DNA from: Epiperipatus broadwayi
Taxonomy: Eukaryota > Animalia > Onychophora
Reading direction: 5' to 3'
NCBI GenBank assembly: GCA_028023455.1
Contig: JAQFVV010000001.1
Location: forward strand, 3,596,001 to 3,660,000
Length of the DNA stretch: 64,000 bases
Part shown: in pieces, positions 1-12,905 of the stretch
Numbering within the stretch: position 1 is the stretch's first letter
Layout of the letters: each line of letters starts with the position of its first letter
Program-made: the position numbers and the translations under genes
Notes under the pieces: generated by a model
What the model was told of the DNA's origin: nothing
Database searches by the model: none
What the model saw: the letters and a program-made list of their open reading frames with translations, nothing else

Positions 1-1540
1 CTCTTTTTAGTAATAATTCCATTTTTTTTTCTTATTGCAGATATAAATTTCCTACCAATACCAAAATGTTGTTTTACATTCTTGAGACTTTTATTTTCTT
101 CTACAGCTTTCCTTGCTAGTTCACAGTTATACTTTCTTATATCATTTTCAACTCTTTTCCACACCATTTTACAAAATTCGAGATATTCAATCCTTTTTAA
201 TGCATCATTTTTGTATATCTTCATATTCCTTCTTTTCTTCATAAATTCTCTAGTCTCAGTAGAAATTTTATTGGTCAATTGCTGCTTTTTTCTACCAGCT
301 ATCTTTGTTGCAGTTTTTAAAAGTGTATCAGTTATTTTCATATTAATTTCATTCAAATCTGAATCATGTTCAAAATCTACTAATACTTGAAACCGATTTG
401 TAAGTTCTAATTTAAATTCATTAGAATGTTTCTGAAGATTAGGAATATCAACTGTAAATATTGTTTTTCTTAATAATTTTTGTCTCTCTAGTTTTGCATT
501 AACATGTATCTTACATCTTACTAATCGATGATCACTTCCTGTGTTAAATTTATTAAGAACATTACAATCTTGAAATATGTATTTTCTGTTAGTCAAAATA
601 TAATCCAATTCTGCTGTACCTTCATTTGGATGCTTCCATGTCCATTTCCTTTTAACATTTTTTCTCAAAAAAAGAATTCATAATATAAAGTTTTTCTTTT
701 TCTGCAAACTCCACAAGTCTATGTCCTCTCTCATTTCTATTACCATAACCAAAATTACCTACAGCACTTTCATCTTTCATTTGTTTACCAATTCTAGCAT
801 TAAAGTCTCCCATAACAATTTTAAAATGTTGTTTACTCTGATCAAAAGCCTTTTGTACATCCATATAAAAATCTTCTACTACTTCATCACTATGAGAACT
901 TGTTGGGGCATAAACCTGAATTATCTGCATTTGGTATCTGCTATTAAGTTGTATAACTAATCTTGCCACTCTGTCTGATACACCATCAATCTCCACAATG
1001 TTGTTCTTCCACTTTTTATTTATAATGAGTCCTACTCCACTTGTATTTCCAATATTTGTGTCTTTATAATAGAGTACATGTCCACTTTTTAAATCAATTG
1101 TCTCTTCACCTTTTCTTCTAACTTCACAAAGTCCAATAATGTCCCATTTAATATAAGACAGTTCTTCTAATTCTTGCAATCTTCCTTCACTTGAAAGTGA
1201 TCTGCAGTTGTAAGTACCTAAATAAAAAGTCATCATCAAATGGCAGCCTGGGTCCACAATCAGGGGATTCTTAGCACTCTCCACCTTCAGCCACCAACCG
1301 CTGCCTTGGTTGGTGACTTTACAGCCTCCTGGGAATAAGGGCCATGATTTATTTTTGTCTGTCATAATTGTATATATGTATTGGAAAAATATTTATCATT
1401 TACACAAACATTCATTCTGGCTTATCAGGCAACTGAGAAGAAAGACCATGGTGTTTTTTTGATCTTAAACTCAGAGGTAAAAAGCCAATAAACTCACCAA
1501 GCTGGCTAATGCGTGTTGGTGAGCAGCCCATCCATGTTCA
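1..1540 (-). mobile_element. RTE-clade non-LTR retrotransposon, 5' part (endonuclease + linker; RT lies beyond the left window edge)
   Basis: ORF 652-1365 carries APE motifs GTYNCRSL, IIGLCEVRR, SGVGLII, QVYAPTS, VMGDFNARIG, RNERG and IMNSFF. After a 1-nt frameshift in the T6 run at 658-663 a second frame (KWTWKHPN..ELDYIL..GSDHRLV..) stays open to position 1. The 5' boundary near 1540 is approximate. Confidence 0.9.
652..1365 (-). CDS. AP-like endonuclease domain of the RTE ORF (frameshifted continuation to position 1)
   Basis: 237-aa ORF with the canonical LINE endonuclease motifs listed above. Confidence 0.85.
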   Translation of the reverse strand: MTDKNKSWPLFPGGCKVTNQGSGWWLKVESAKNPLIVDPGCHLMMTFYLGTYNCRSLSSEGRLQELEELSYIKWDIIGLCEVRRKGEETIDLKSGHVLYYKDTNIGNTSGVGLIINKKWKNNIVEIDGVSDRVARLVIQLNSRYQMQIIQVYAPTSSHSDEVVEDFYMDVQKAFDQSKQHFKIVMGDFNARIGKQMKDESAVGNFGYGNRNERGHRLVEFAEKEKLYIMNSFFEKKC

Positions 1541-3310
1541 TATACTATAAGAATAATCACATAGTAATAATAGCTGCAATGACAAGAACATATGGAGTGG
1601 ACATTAGGAATTTGCCCTGCTGGTTCCTTTAAGGCCTTCAAGAGAAATCAAAGGCTCTCATTTCAGTTAATAGCAAACTTCTTTCTGCAGCCCATTTTAC
1701 AAATATTAAAATAAATGATTTTACTTTATTTTTTTAAGTTTCATTATAATTAATGTATTATTACCAATAATAATAAATTTACTTAAATATTTTGTTATTA
1801 TATAATTCTAAATTTAAATACATTCAAAAACTTGAATCATTTGTGCATACACACACATACACATATATATATATTGTAAGAGATGAAAAGATCCAATCTT
1901 TCTTTTGTAGTACCATTATAGTTTTTAAAAAAAATCTCTTTGATTTGGTTTTTACTTAAGGATTTGTATATAGGTTGTTATTGTTATTTGTTTCATTTTT
2001 GTTTATTTATTGTTGGTATATGCTTTGTTTTGCGATGGTGAAATTTTAATAGCAATGGTGACATATATAAATTTGCATATGTATGTATATGTAAATAATT
2101 GTAAGCAGTAGCATCTAAATTGCTAGTTATAATTAAATTATATTTTTTTATTTTTGATAATTATTTGGGATATAATGTTATTATTTATTTATTTTGTCAA
2201 CTGCAAAAATAAATTTTTATGTAATATTTTTATTTTGTTATTATTATTAGTATTTTTATTTCATCTTAATATTTTAAAATCAACAATCAGCAGTATTAAA
2301 GATTTTAAGTCAGTGTGTGGGTTGTAACAATAGGAAAAAGATTACTATAGCAACAAAGAACGATAATTGCCCTAAAACAGAAAAGAAAGAAGCCATAACT
2401 TTATTTTGTCTATTCCACAAATTCTTCTTTTGATATCAATATAATAACTACTGGACTAAGATATAACATCAAAATGATTGGCTAAGTAAACTTTACTATC
2501 CAAGGGCAATTTCCGCCCTTTGCCTATCTTATTTTATTATTGGAGTCCAGTAAAAAATACTGTTTAACACCAAACCAGCGTTTGTAAGCAAACCTCAAAA
2601 ATAGCTATTTTTTAACTTTTAAGTTTCTTTTAATGATCCTAAGCTTAATATTCACATTGATTTATTTCTACAGCTGAATATAAAGAGAATGCCAGGAATT
2701 AATTGCTTTAAAAAGAAAAATCTATAAATGTATGCGTTGTTAATGTGTATATATTTTTAAAGTTATTTCACATACAATGGAATGGAAACGATCAAAATAT
2801 TTAAAGTAAACAAGAGACTGAAAAACAATGAAAAAGTTTGTGGTCATGGGGGTAACTAAAATTAATCAATTTATCTATTCACTTGTTGATTTTTTTAAAT
2901 TTATTTCTAGTTTTCTTTATTATAAAACTTATTTGTCTCAATTTTACAAAACATTTTAAGATAGATATTATACATGTATATAATCACTTGAAATTTAACC
3001 AATCGTTATAATTTAAATATATAAGTTTTTCATAAAATATTGAATAAACTAAAGATTAGCCTTTCAAGCTAATGTACATGCACTTTTTATGAATGTTAAT
3101 AATAAATGAATACTTTCATTTTCAACACAAGATAAAGTCTTTGTGAATGAATAAATGAATCCACTTATTTATTCAACCCAACTTATATATAGGCAAATCT
3201 AAGTACTGGATATGAAAGCGTGAGAATAAATCAATCACTTTATAAATAAATGCCTCATTTACATAAAATATTAAATGAGATATTATTTTATATAGCGCTA
3301 TGTTTTTTAT

Positions 3311-3542
3311 GTAATAGTAATATTAGTGATTAAGCCAATGCACATACACTTTAAACACCTCACGCTCTTATTTCCACGCACTTAAGATTTGCCCATACAT
3401 AAATACTTGGGTCAAAAGAATGGATGAATTCATTCCATTCTTTCTAAAACACTATATCTCGTGTCTGAAAAAATTGAGTATTCATTTATAATTTATCTTT
3501 AAAGCGCATGTGCATTGGCTTAATCGCTAATATTACTATTAC
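3311..3542. repeat. MITE-like inverted repeat, 45-bp arms
   Basis: 3311-3355 is the reverse complement of 3498-3542 with 3 mismatches; an internal hairpin aaagaatgg..ccattcttt lies near 3416-3443. Confidence 0.8.
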
Positions 3543-6500
3543 TATAAAATATTGAAGTAAAATTTACAAAGATATATATAATAGACATGGTATGAGCACA
3601 GACTTTCACATGACCCACCACTAATGTTTGTAAATAGCTTTTTTTTTTTAAAGATGTTTTGATTTAACAGTGGTAAAAAGTAAATGTTAAATGCCATTTA
3701 ATAATTAAATCTTCGGTCTTTAATCATTAATCTTATATAGGTAAACAAATCGGTAATTTCTAAGTTTTAAAAAAATATTAATTGTAGATATTATATTTCA
3801 GTGGCTAATGAAACTTGTGATAAAATAAATATTTTACATGTATATATGTAAACATCAAATAATAAACGAATGTATAAGTTGAATTGAAGAATAAACAAAG
3901 GATTATTTCTTGCGTGAATCATTTATATAGATATACAACATAATAATTTATGTCTCCAAATTTTATCATTTTTTTAAAAAATAAGTCTTCTTAATCATTT
4001 GATTATTATAGTCTTATTATCAGATGTGTTTTAAGAGGATAATTTGACATTCTCACGTGCATTGTTTAGGAGTTATTTTGATATATATTTCGCTTGTCTT
4101 TAAAAGTGGTATAATATAGTTTATAAGTGTGTATATTTCGTGATATATATTTAATAAAGCCCAAGTCAAAGAAGTCATAAATGGAATATTGAATTTTGCA
4201 GGCTAAGACAGAAGCCTTATTTAAATAATAAATGTAGATATTTGGAGTTCATGATAAAGGAGATATATAGACATAGCATGGTGAGAAAGAATTCTTATTA
4301 TATTTTGTGTTGTTGCCTTTTAGATGATCCAGCCTTAAGAAACACATCTATGATTTTAAATTATTAGTTCAACAAGCTATTATCAATTTGCCAGTTATAT
4401 ATATATTCATTTATTACACTTTTATGTATAAAACTAATGGATGATTCTTATGCAAACATAAAATTCAATTCATATTTATTGCCCATAAATATTTATGTTT
4501 GACTTATGTTTAACAAAACAGAAAATTTGAAAAGCCAACTAATTTTATATTTGTTCTTACATATATTTATTACTATTTTAAAAGATCAAACCACAATCTA
4601 AGAATAGAGCAATATCATTTATTTTATAAGAAATGACTTGGTGTTTTTATTTAAAATTTATTAATATTTTTTCTCTTTTTAGTGTAAGATTCACAATCAA
4701 TTAAATGGTAATATGTTGTAGTTATTCATTCATTTTAGCCATCATTAATTGGAATAGTAAGTCATATAATCTTTGTTTATAATATGGGTTGGATCGAACA
4801 AAATTCCCTTTGCTTCCAATCTATATTTAGTAAATAATCACATCATTAGTTAAGTTAACCCTGACAACTAACCACTTAACATATCTTAGTCAATGCTCTT
4901 TAGTATTCAGGTTTATTTTATACATGGATAGCTGAAGTAACAATATAATTAATGACTAAAGTATATTCACTTATGTGCAATATGTTTTTTGTAATATAGA
5001 CAATTTATCAACAATTACCTTATAAATTAATAGTTTGTTCAAATAAAGTTAAATATCATAACCTAGTTCATTGTATTTTATATTCAGTGGTTAGATTCAT
5101 TTATCTTTTGTTATATTTATACTTTGATAAAAATTAATCAAAACCTGGGATACGTGATGGTAGAAATAGATTGTCCATTTCAGTTAGTCCACAATTATTG
5201 GAGTGATTTCATTTCTATTTATACATATACTACGTTCTATTACATTTGAAATCCCAATTGGGGCTTTTTATTACATTTGTGGCTATTAATCATTAGGGCA
5301 ATCAGACATTCTATCACATTTTGCCACCCAACATTTAAGACAATTGCATCTATTCATACATATATTATATGTACCATTACATTTTGGTGCCCTGTAACAT
5401 GTGGCTTGATTATTTGATCACTGGTTGTGAGGTATACTATTGCCACATGTGAACTTGATTAATTAGTTGGTTAGTGATTAAGGGCATACCATTACAATAT
5501 ATTTAAATATTATGTTAAAATATTTTATCATTATAAGGGTAATTTCAATCTTATATCCACCCTAATAAAGTTATTCCTTTACTAATACTATTTTTAAATA
5601 ATTTATTCTTATTATTGTTAGTGTTATGCCTTTTTATTCCATATGTTGTTCTTTAAAAATTTACTTTAGGTGCACAAGTATTTTTATAACTAGATATAAA
5701 CTGCAATAAAAGAATTGATATACATATTTGAAAATGTTGTATTTATAAAATATATACAAGAAGACATCTTGGATCATTTTAATAATTCACTTAATAAAAT
5801 AATATTATCAATAATATTAATATCACTTCAATAATATTATTTGTAACCACAACAACAATCATAGTAATAATTAATAATATTTGTTATATTGATAAACTAA
5901 ACTTTTTAGAATTTTATTTATAACCATTAATTTGGGCATACTATGTTTCTCCAAAAATAAAACCTAACCAGAAAATATGTCTCAGCATGATTTTTCATGA
6001 TCTTAATAATAAAAGCTCTAGCCCATATATAAGATCTAGTTAATATTGCCAGATGACCACCCAATGGATGTATATAATTATAAAGTTAAAGTAATGAATG
6101 TATAACTAAATATAAATGTAGATTTGTGTATTTGAATAAATGTTATTCAACATTATTTTGCTGGCAGATTTGTAACTAATTATTTTAATAAACTTGCAAA
6201 CACAATTTTTCTTTTCATTTATCAAAGTGCCTGCCCTCATTCATTCTGATATAAAAATTCCTTTTTCATCTGATGTCCAACTGCATATATTGTAAATAAA
6301 TCAACATTGACATCTAAAAAGGCTGTAACTTATTACCAGCAGGTAATCTCAGTTCACAAATTAATCAAGCCAGCTTAATGTTTCATATATTGTTTTAAAT
6401 TAAATATTACTAAATTCAACAAGATGTAAATAACTTTTAATATTCTCTTATATAATGAGAATGTTCTGTGATGTGATTATAATCCCAAATATGACATATT

Positions 6501-9131
6501 CAAGCAATAATAAAGTTATTTATGTGTTGTTGAAATTAGTAATATTAAATAAATTTAGATTTTTGTGTTTAAATAAGTATAGATTTTTGTATTTGAATAA
6601 ATATATATTTTAGAACATAAAAAAAAATACATCCCCTGAAAATAAGATCTAAGACATCTTTTGGAGCAAAAATTAATATAAGATCAGATTTTATTTTCAG
6701 GAAACACAGTAGTAAATATTATTACAATATATATATATATTCAAATTTTATTCTTATCGCAATGCATCTTTCACCTTAGCTCAATCATACTGCTGATTTA
6801 TCATATTCATATTAAGCAAATAAATAAATTAGGAATTAGCAATTGGCTAAAGTAATCTGCTTTAGATAAATAAAGTAGCTTAAATTTTTAATATCACTTA
6901 TCTTTTTCACTTCATCACTAATTTTTATCATTAAAAAATATGAAAGAATGCAAAAATGATATGTTTTAATTTTTTTATTGAGAGAAAAAGTGGTATTTCA
7001 ATAAGTGCAATTAGTGGAAAAAATACATTTACTTAGTTTTAAATAATTTTACTTATCATCTTAAAGGTAAAAGTAGAGAAGATAAAATCATTTACTTTTA
7101 GATAATTTTATCTGTTCTTTTGAGAAAAAAAAAGGATGGAGGAGGGATGATATATTTATTGAATTTTAGATAATTTTATTTTCCCTCTCAAATGAAAAAG
7201 AAATATTTTTTTACTTATTTATTAACACAAAAGTCTTTCATTTGTTTTTAAAAAAATATATATATTAACTTTACAAAAAGTAAAATTGCTTATTATACAT
7301 TCCATTTTTTTGTCTGTTAATTATTTTTATTGATATGTTAATATATAGTTTTAAAATAAAATTGTATTATAGAAAAATATATTTATTTAAAATGTCTGTA
7401 TTCTAAGCTGTGTATGTGTGTATGTTTAAAATGTATATTTATATACAATTCATTTCTGTCTATGAATTTGAATATCCAATACAAGTCTAGAAGTCAAGTA
7501 ACATAAATACAGAGATTCTATCGTGTCTGTGCATACATATTATAAACTTGGAGGAATGTAATCTCTAATCCTAATATGCAAAATTCAATTGCTAATCTAT
7601 ATAAAAAACTGGATAATTACACACAATATGTATATTTTAATAACAATATCATCAACTGCCTTGAAATCTCATCAGCAATCCACACAAATAATTAAATCTT
7701 GGTCAATAAAATTCGTATTGAATTAAAAATAATGTAAATAAATTTGGAATTATAAACTCTTATCAAAAACAATATCACATTGTCTGGTTTGTTAAAATAT
7801 CTTTAACAATCTTTGTAAATGTAGTGAATTCTCAGATTAACAATTGCAATAAGACCAGCCTGATAAACTATAAATATTTATTATTACAGTCTTTCTATAT
7901 CAGCATATTTCACAATGGACAAAACAGAATTATACAAATTCATTTTAATAATTTTATGCATTCATATAAATACTTTGCATGGGAAAAAAATCATTACACT
8001 TATTAATTAAATTATTAAATGTATTTTTGGCGTAGAGTACCATTTTCAAAAATCAAATGTTAAAATAACAATATATAAGAATGTTAAATGTTGAAACCAA
8101 TTTAAAATTAAAGCACATTAAGTAAACACTATTATATTTTCAATTCATTGTTGAGTCTGTACTATTATCAAACTGATTTTATTTATTTATTTTTCTATTA
8201 TTTAGTATATTCTTGGGGTAAAAAGATAACCATACATTTTTCAAGATCTACTTTATTAATCAAGCTATGATTCAGAAAGCTCATATTAAAATATATAACT
8301 AATAAATTGATGTATTTAGAATAAAAATAAATCTGAAAAGATCTAAGTTTTAATTACAGTGATTCTGTTATCATATAGCATAAACAAACTAACCATTACC
8401 TTCGGAATAAATATTTTAAAGACAGTCTCCTATTGGCCTTGAAGCTGATGATGATTCCATAAAGTATTTTATAAACTAATTTTAGTTTTTTAACTTACTG
8501 TTTACAAATATAAACTTCCAATACTTAGAACACAATATAACCAATCATCATACTGTACATATTTTATGCTTATAGATGTGTAATGATATAGTATAGGCCA
8601 CTCTTTGAAAACTTTTACTTGTATTAGGATTTTAAGTAATATCTCCTTTTTGTTTAATAATTTATTATTGTAATAAATGACATAAAAATATAATAAAATG
8701 GGGATAATTGTCATATATATGTACACAAGGCAAACTTGCAATAAATTAAAACTCTTCATTGAGCATTTATAACCACTATGACAAAACAATATTTAAAGAA
8801 AAATTCTAAGCCTTCACTTAGGTAAGAAATTTTTTTAAAAAACTATCTCTATTGGAAAATACTGCATCAGAATTTTAATTTGTCAATGATTAATGACAAT
8901 TCAAAAAAGGATGGTGCCAGATTATTATTTTTTTACCATATAAGATTAACTTGTCCAAGTACTTTAATACTATTTCACAATGCTTTGTTTACCACCCTTT
9001 TTCTTACAGTTTACAGTTTTGATTCCCAGCAATCTTCTTCAGAACTACAACCTAATACAAACATATGAATATAAATATACATTAACATATAATTTACTCT
9101 CTATATATACATCTTATATCTTTTTATTTTA

Positions 9132-9210
<79 letters not shown>
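9132..9210. repeat. (ATT)n microsatellite
   Basis: direct reading. Confidence 0.97.
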
Positions 9211-9212
<2 letters not shown>

Positions 9213-11497
9213 TTTCTGACCCTTTTTACATTCTACATTTATTAATCAAAATATTTCATATATATATACTATTTTTTTTTATTCTATTGTGTGGGTATAT
9301 AAGTTAAAGCTTGATTGTTTTAAAAGATAATAGTCCAAAAATTAATAAAACAGATATTCTCCTATTCATATATGCAAATAGTGATATATATATATAATGT
9401 TATTATTAGACAAGAAAATGCTATAATAAGATTATTTAATTACAGACATATCCACAAACATATGTTTTACAAACCAAAAAAAACAGACTAGCTGACAGAT
9501 TTCCAAGTTTTTTCAGTAGTTGAGAAAAGTATAATAATCAAACTATTCATATGACTAGCTTCCAGTTATTCATAATCTAGATTTTTATGCTTATGGCCCC
9601 ATCCCTTTTATATATAATACTAACTACAAAAAAGTGTTTGATAAATCTGAGATTGTTTACATATAAGTTAAATTATATGGCTTTGTTTTAATCAATTATA
9701 GTCCTTTGTAATATTAGTGCTTCTTTTCAAGTATTTATTTATTTAGTGTATGATTTTTTTTAGATTGGCTTCATTATTAGGCTAAATATTATAGAGAAAT
9801 TTGTAAGTGTTCTTTAAGTTTTTGATCCTTCCAATATGACTGATTTGACAATCATTTAGTATATGGTTCATGATTTGTGTTTGTCCACAAATACATGGTG
9901 CAGTGGCTGTTAATTTCCATTTATGAAATAGATGAGTATAACAACTCTTGTTTTTTTAAATCTGTTAATAACAATGCAAAACTTGTAGGAAGATTAAGTG
10001 TAAATAGCTTTACTCTTGGGTTTGGAAACTGATAAGGATTCCATTTTATGACATTAATCTTTATTTATAGATTTTTGGTTGCACATCTAAAAAGATTTGG
10101 GAAGGAAAACTATGAATTGAGTTATTGGAAAGTCTGATCTATTTAAGAGCTTTTTGTATATTTTCTGTGAGGCAATTTTTTATTTGGTGTGAAAGAACAG
10201 TAAGCCATTACCAAGTGCAAAGTTGAGTACACCAATAATATTTATTATGGCAATATTTAATTAAATATCTAAAAATTTAATGAAATGTGCTAGTGCTAAG
10301 TAAGCTCTTTATAAATTGATTGCATCATAATCCCAAAAAAAATAACCAGCTTTTTAATTAGATTATTCTTTAATGATATTATTTTTAAGTATAATCTTAA
10401 GAAAATGAGGAAAATAAGTTAGGCAAGTAAGTTATGCTACAATTCAAGATTAGGAATATGTTTTGTTTTATTATTGCAAAAAGTTATGTTTAGATTATGA
10501 GATGTTACTCTATTGTTTAGATGAAAAGTTGTAAGATCAGGAATAAGACTCTAGTCTTTAAAAAAGATTTCCAAACTTTGGATCTCTTTTATAAAATCAA
10601 AGCAAGGTCAGTTATCATAGACAAATTTTCTGCAATCTGTATCTGGAAGATCACTGACAAATATATTAAATGAAATAGTTGAGAGAATTGAATTCTGAGG
10701 TGAGCCATAAGCTCAAACCCAATTGGTCTGGGGATAAGAGTATTTTGGATAGAGATTTTAAATAATTTCTCTTACTGCACTTATCAATTAAGAGCTTGTT
10801 TGAGCTCTTGGTACATTCTCTGTATTTTATTTTTATAAAATTTTGTATCTATTATGATTTATCATTTATTGGAAAACATTTTTTCAAGTAAAGAGATAAT
10901 TTCATGCAATTAAGGATATCAGAAACTTTTAGATCATTTTTAAAAATAGAATGTAAACTAAAAATACATCTATAAAGGTAGGACCAGTTGTTCTTAATTT
11001 ATTTTTAAAACCTTTTTCAATGTGAGTTGTTGAAAATAAAATTGTTTGTTGAAGCTTCTTCCTAGCCTAAATCAAGAATGTTTTGTAAATATATGGCTTT
11101 CATCTATTGGTAACATTTTTGTTAATAATATTTACTCTGTTAGCTAGATAATGCAATTAAAAAAACAATTATATTAATCCACTTTTCTTTCATCCCTATT
11201 TTTTACTCAATCAATCTAACAGTTTTGATATCATCTTCAGAGCTAAAATATAGATAAATGTATATGATTACATAATATTGATATTAGGCAACATTTTTTT
11301 CAATCATTGTTAGACTTACTAGATTTTAAAACCACTATAGTTTTGCTTTTATGCCAAGTATTTTTGGAATAGTTTCTGTTTGAATAATATTGATGAACAG
11401 TTTTAAAGACCATACTTTGGCTTTAGATTCTAATTTTTTTAAAAATTCTGGAAATATGCTATCATGTCCCTGTAACCTTTTTTGGGTTATAACAATC

Positions 11498-11623
11498 AAA
11501 AGCAATTTCAAATTCACTAATATATATATATTGGTTTTATTAAGATTGATATTAGATCTTAATAAAAGCAATTTCAAATTCACTATATATATATATATTG
11601 GTTTTATTAAGATTGATATTAGA
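11498..11623. repeat. Tandem duplication, period about 66 bp, inside the Vingi-like LINE
   Basis: 11498-11556 and 11564-11623 are near-identical (aaaagcaatttcaaattcact..gatattaga). Confidence 0.9.
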
Positions 11624-12463
11624 GGAACATAGTGAAAGAGAAGTCTGCCATAATGCTTCTTTTCCTTGTTCTGTCAGTACTAGATTTAGAATAATAATAT
11701 ATGACTAGAAATCTCATTAGTAGTGACTGTAGTAGCTTTTAGAGCTGCTTGGATAGTCACTAAGCTTATGTAAAAATGACTAGACCTATTAACTAGAGCC
11801 TGAAAATATTTAATTCATATAGACTTTTTGCATTTTTTTTTTCTAGCATCACCCATGATTTACTAAGTTTGTCAGAAATTTCTAATTTTTTGGCAAATAT
11901 TGGCTATAAGAAAACTCTAATTTTGTTCCAACTGGAATGAATTGCTTTTAATATCCTCCAGAGATATATCCTTTAGCTGCCATTGACATGAGTATGTTAA
12001 ATCTATTATAGTAAAAGGAAATTGGAAAGGTGCTATTAATATTACATTTGATGTGTCCCCAGTCAGATCGTGGAATAGAATAACTTTTAGTTATAGGAAA
12101 ATGAATTTCAAACTTGATTAGTAATGTTGTAATATGTTGGTATAGAAAAATTGTAAATTATTTTTGCTAAAACATAAATCAAGTGTAATCTCCATTTTTC
12201 TGAATAAAATGTTTCACTTTGCTCAACATCATAAAGTAAGTATACATTATTTAAATCCATTCATTCTCTAAGTTGACTGCTTGATTCCCATTTTTATATT
12301 CCAAAAGCTCCTATGAGCATTGAAATCTATGTCTGTAGAAGGTATAGAAAGTCTAGAAGAGGAGTATATATCCAGTATTAGTAATTTTGTAAATGTTATA
12401 TACAAATTTAAAATGTAATATTTTTGAAATACAAGCATAATTCATATTCTTGGAGTTGAAATG

Positions 12464-12905
12464 TAATATAGGGGATTTGAACACAAACTTTCAAGATCCC
12501 TTCAGCTATCCACTATATCTTATTCAAACAATACACATGGGCACACACATGTGAAAAAGATAAATGATTGCCAATATACATATTTTATACTGAACCATGA
12601 ATTTTGGTATTCCTCCATCAGATTTTCAATTATATAGATAGCTGAAGAGTTGGAAGGTTGAATAGATTGAAGCCTATCTATTAAAGTTCGAAGAATTGCT
12701 ATTTTAATATAAACTGAGCACTGATTATATACATGTGTGGGGGATAATGATCTGAACCAACTTATGAGTGCTGATTCAGTATAAAATAAATATACTATAG
12801 ATCATTTATCTTTTTAACATGTGTATGTTCATGTGTATTGTTTATATGAGATAAAGTGAATAGCTGAAGAGAGCTTGAAAGTTTATGTTCAAATCCCCTA
12901 TATTA
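12464..12905. repeat. Foldback element inserted in the Vingi-like LINE; contains hammerhead-family sequence
   Basis: 12464-~12595 is inverted to ~12775-12905 (aatataggggatttgaac.. / ..gttcaaatcccctatatt). Flanking 14-bp direct repeat aaatttaaaatgta at 12404-12417 and 12905-12918. Confidence 0.8.

Noticed and set aside
82-960. Plus-strand ORFs 82-390 and 721-960
   Set aside because: Antisense shadows of the RTE ORF
8340-8790. Possible minus-strand exons with donors at 8399 and ~8495; ORF 8502-8789
   Set aside because: No phase-consistent acceptor at a plausible intron length and no recognisable protein
12855-12895. Second hammerhead-like motif CTGAAGA-gagctt-GAAA-gtt in the repeat family
   Set aside because: Stem II is too short and there is no stem III (GAAAGTY); the copies disagree in the core
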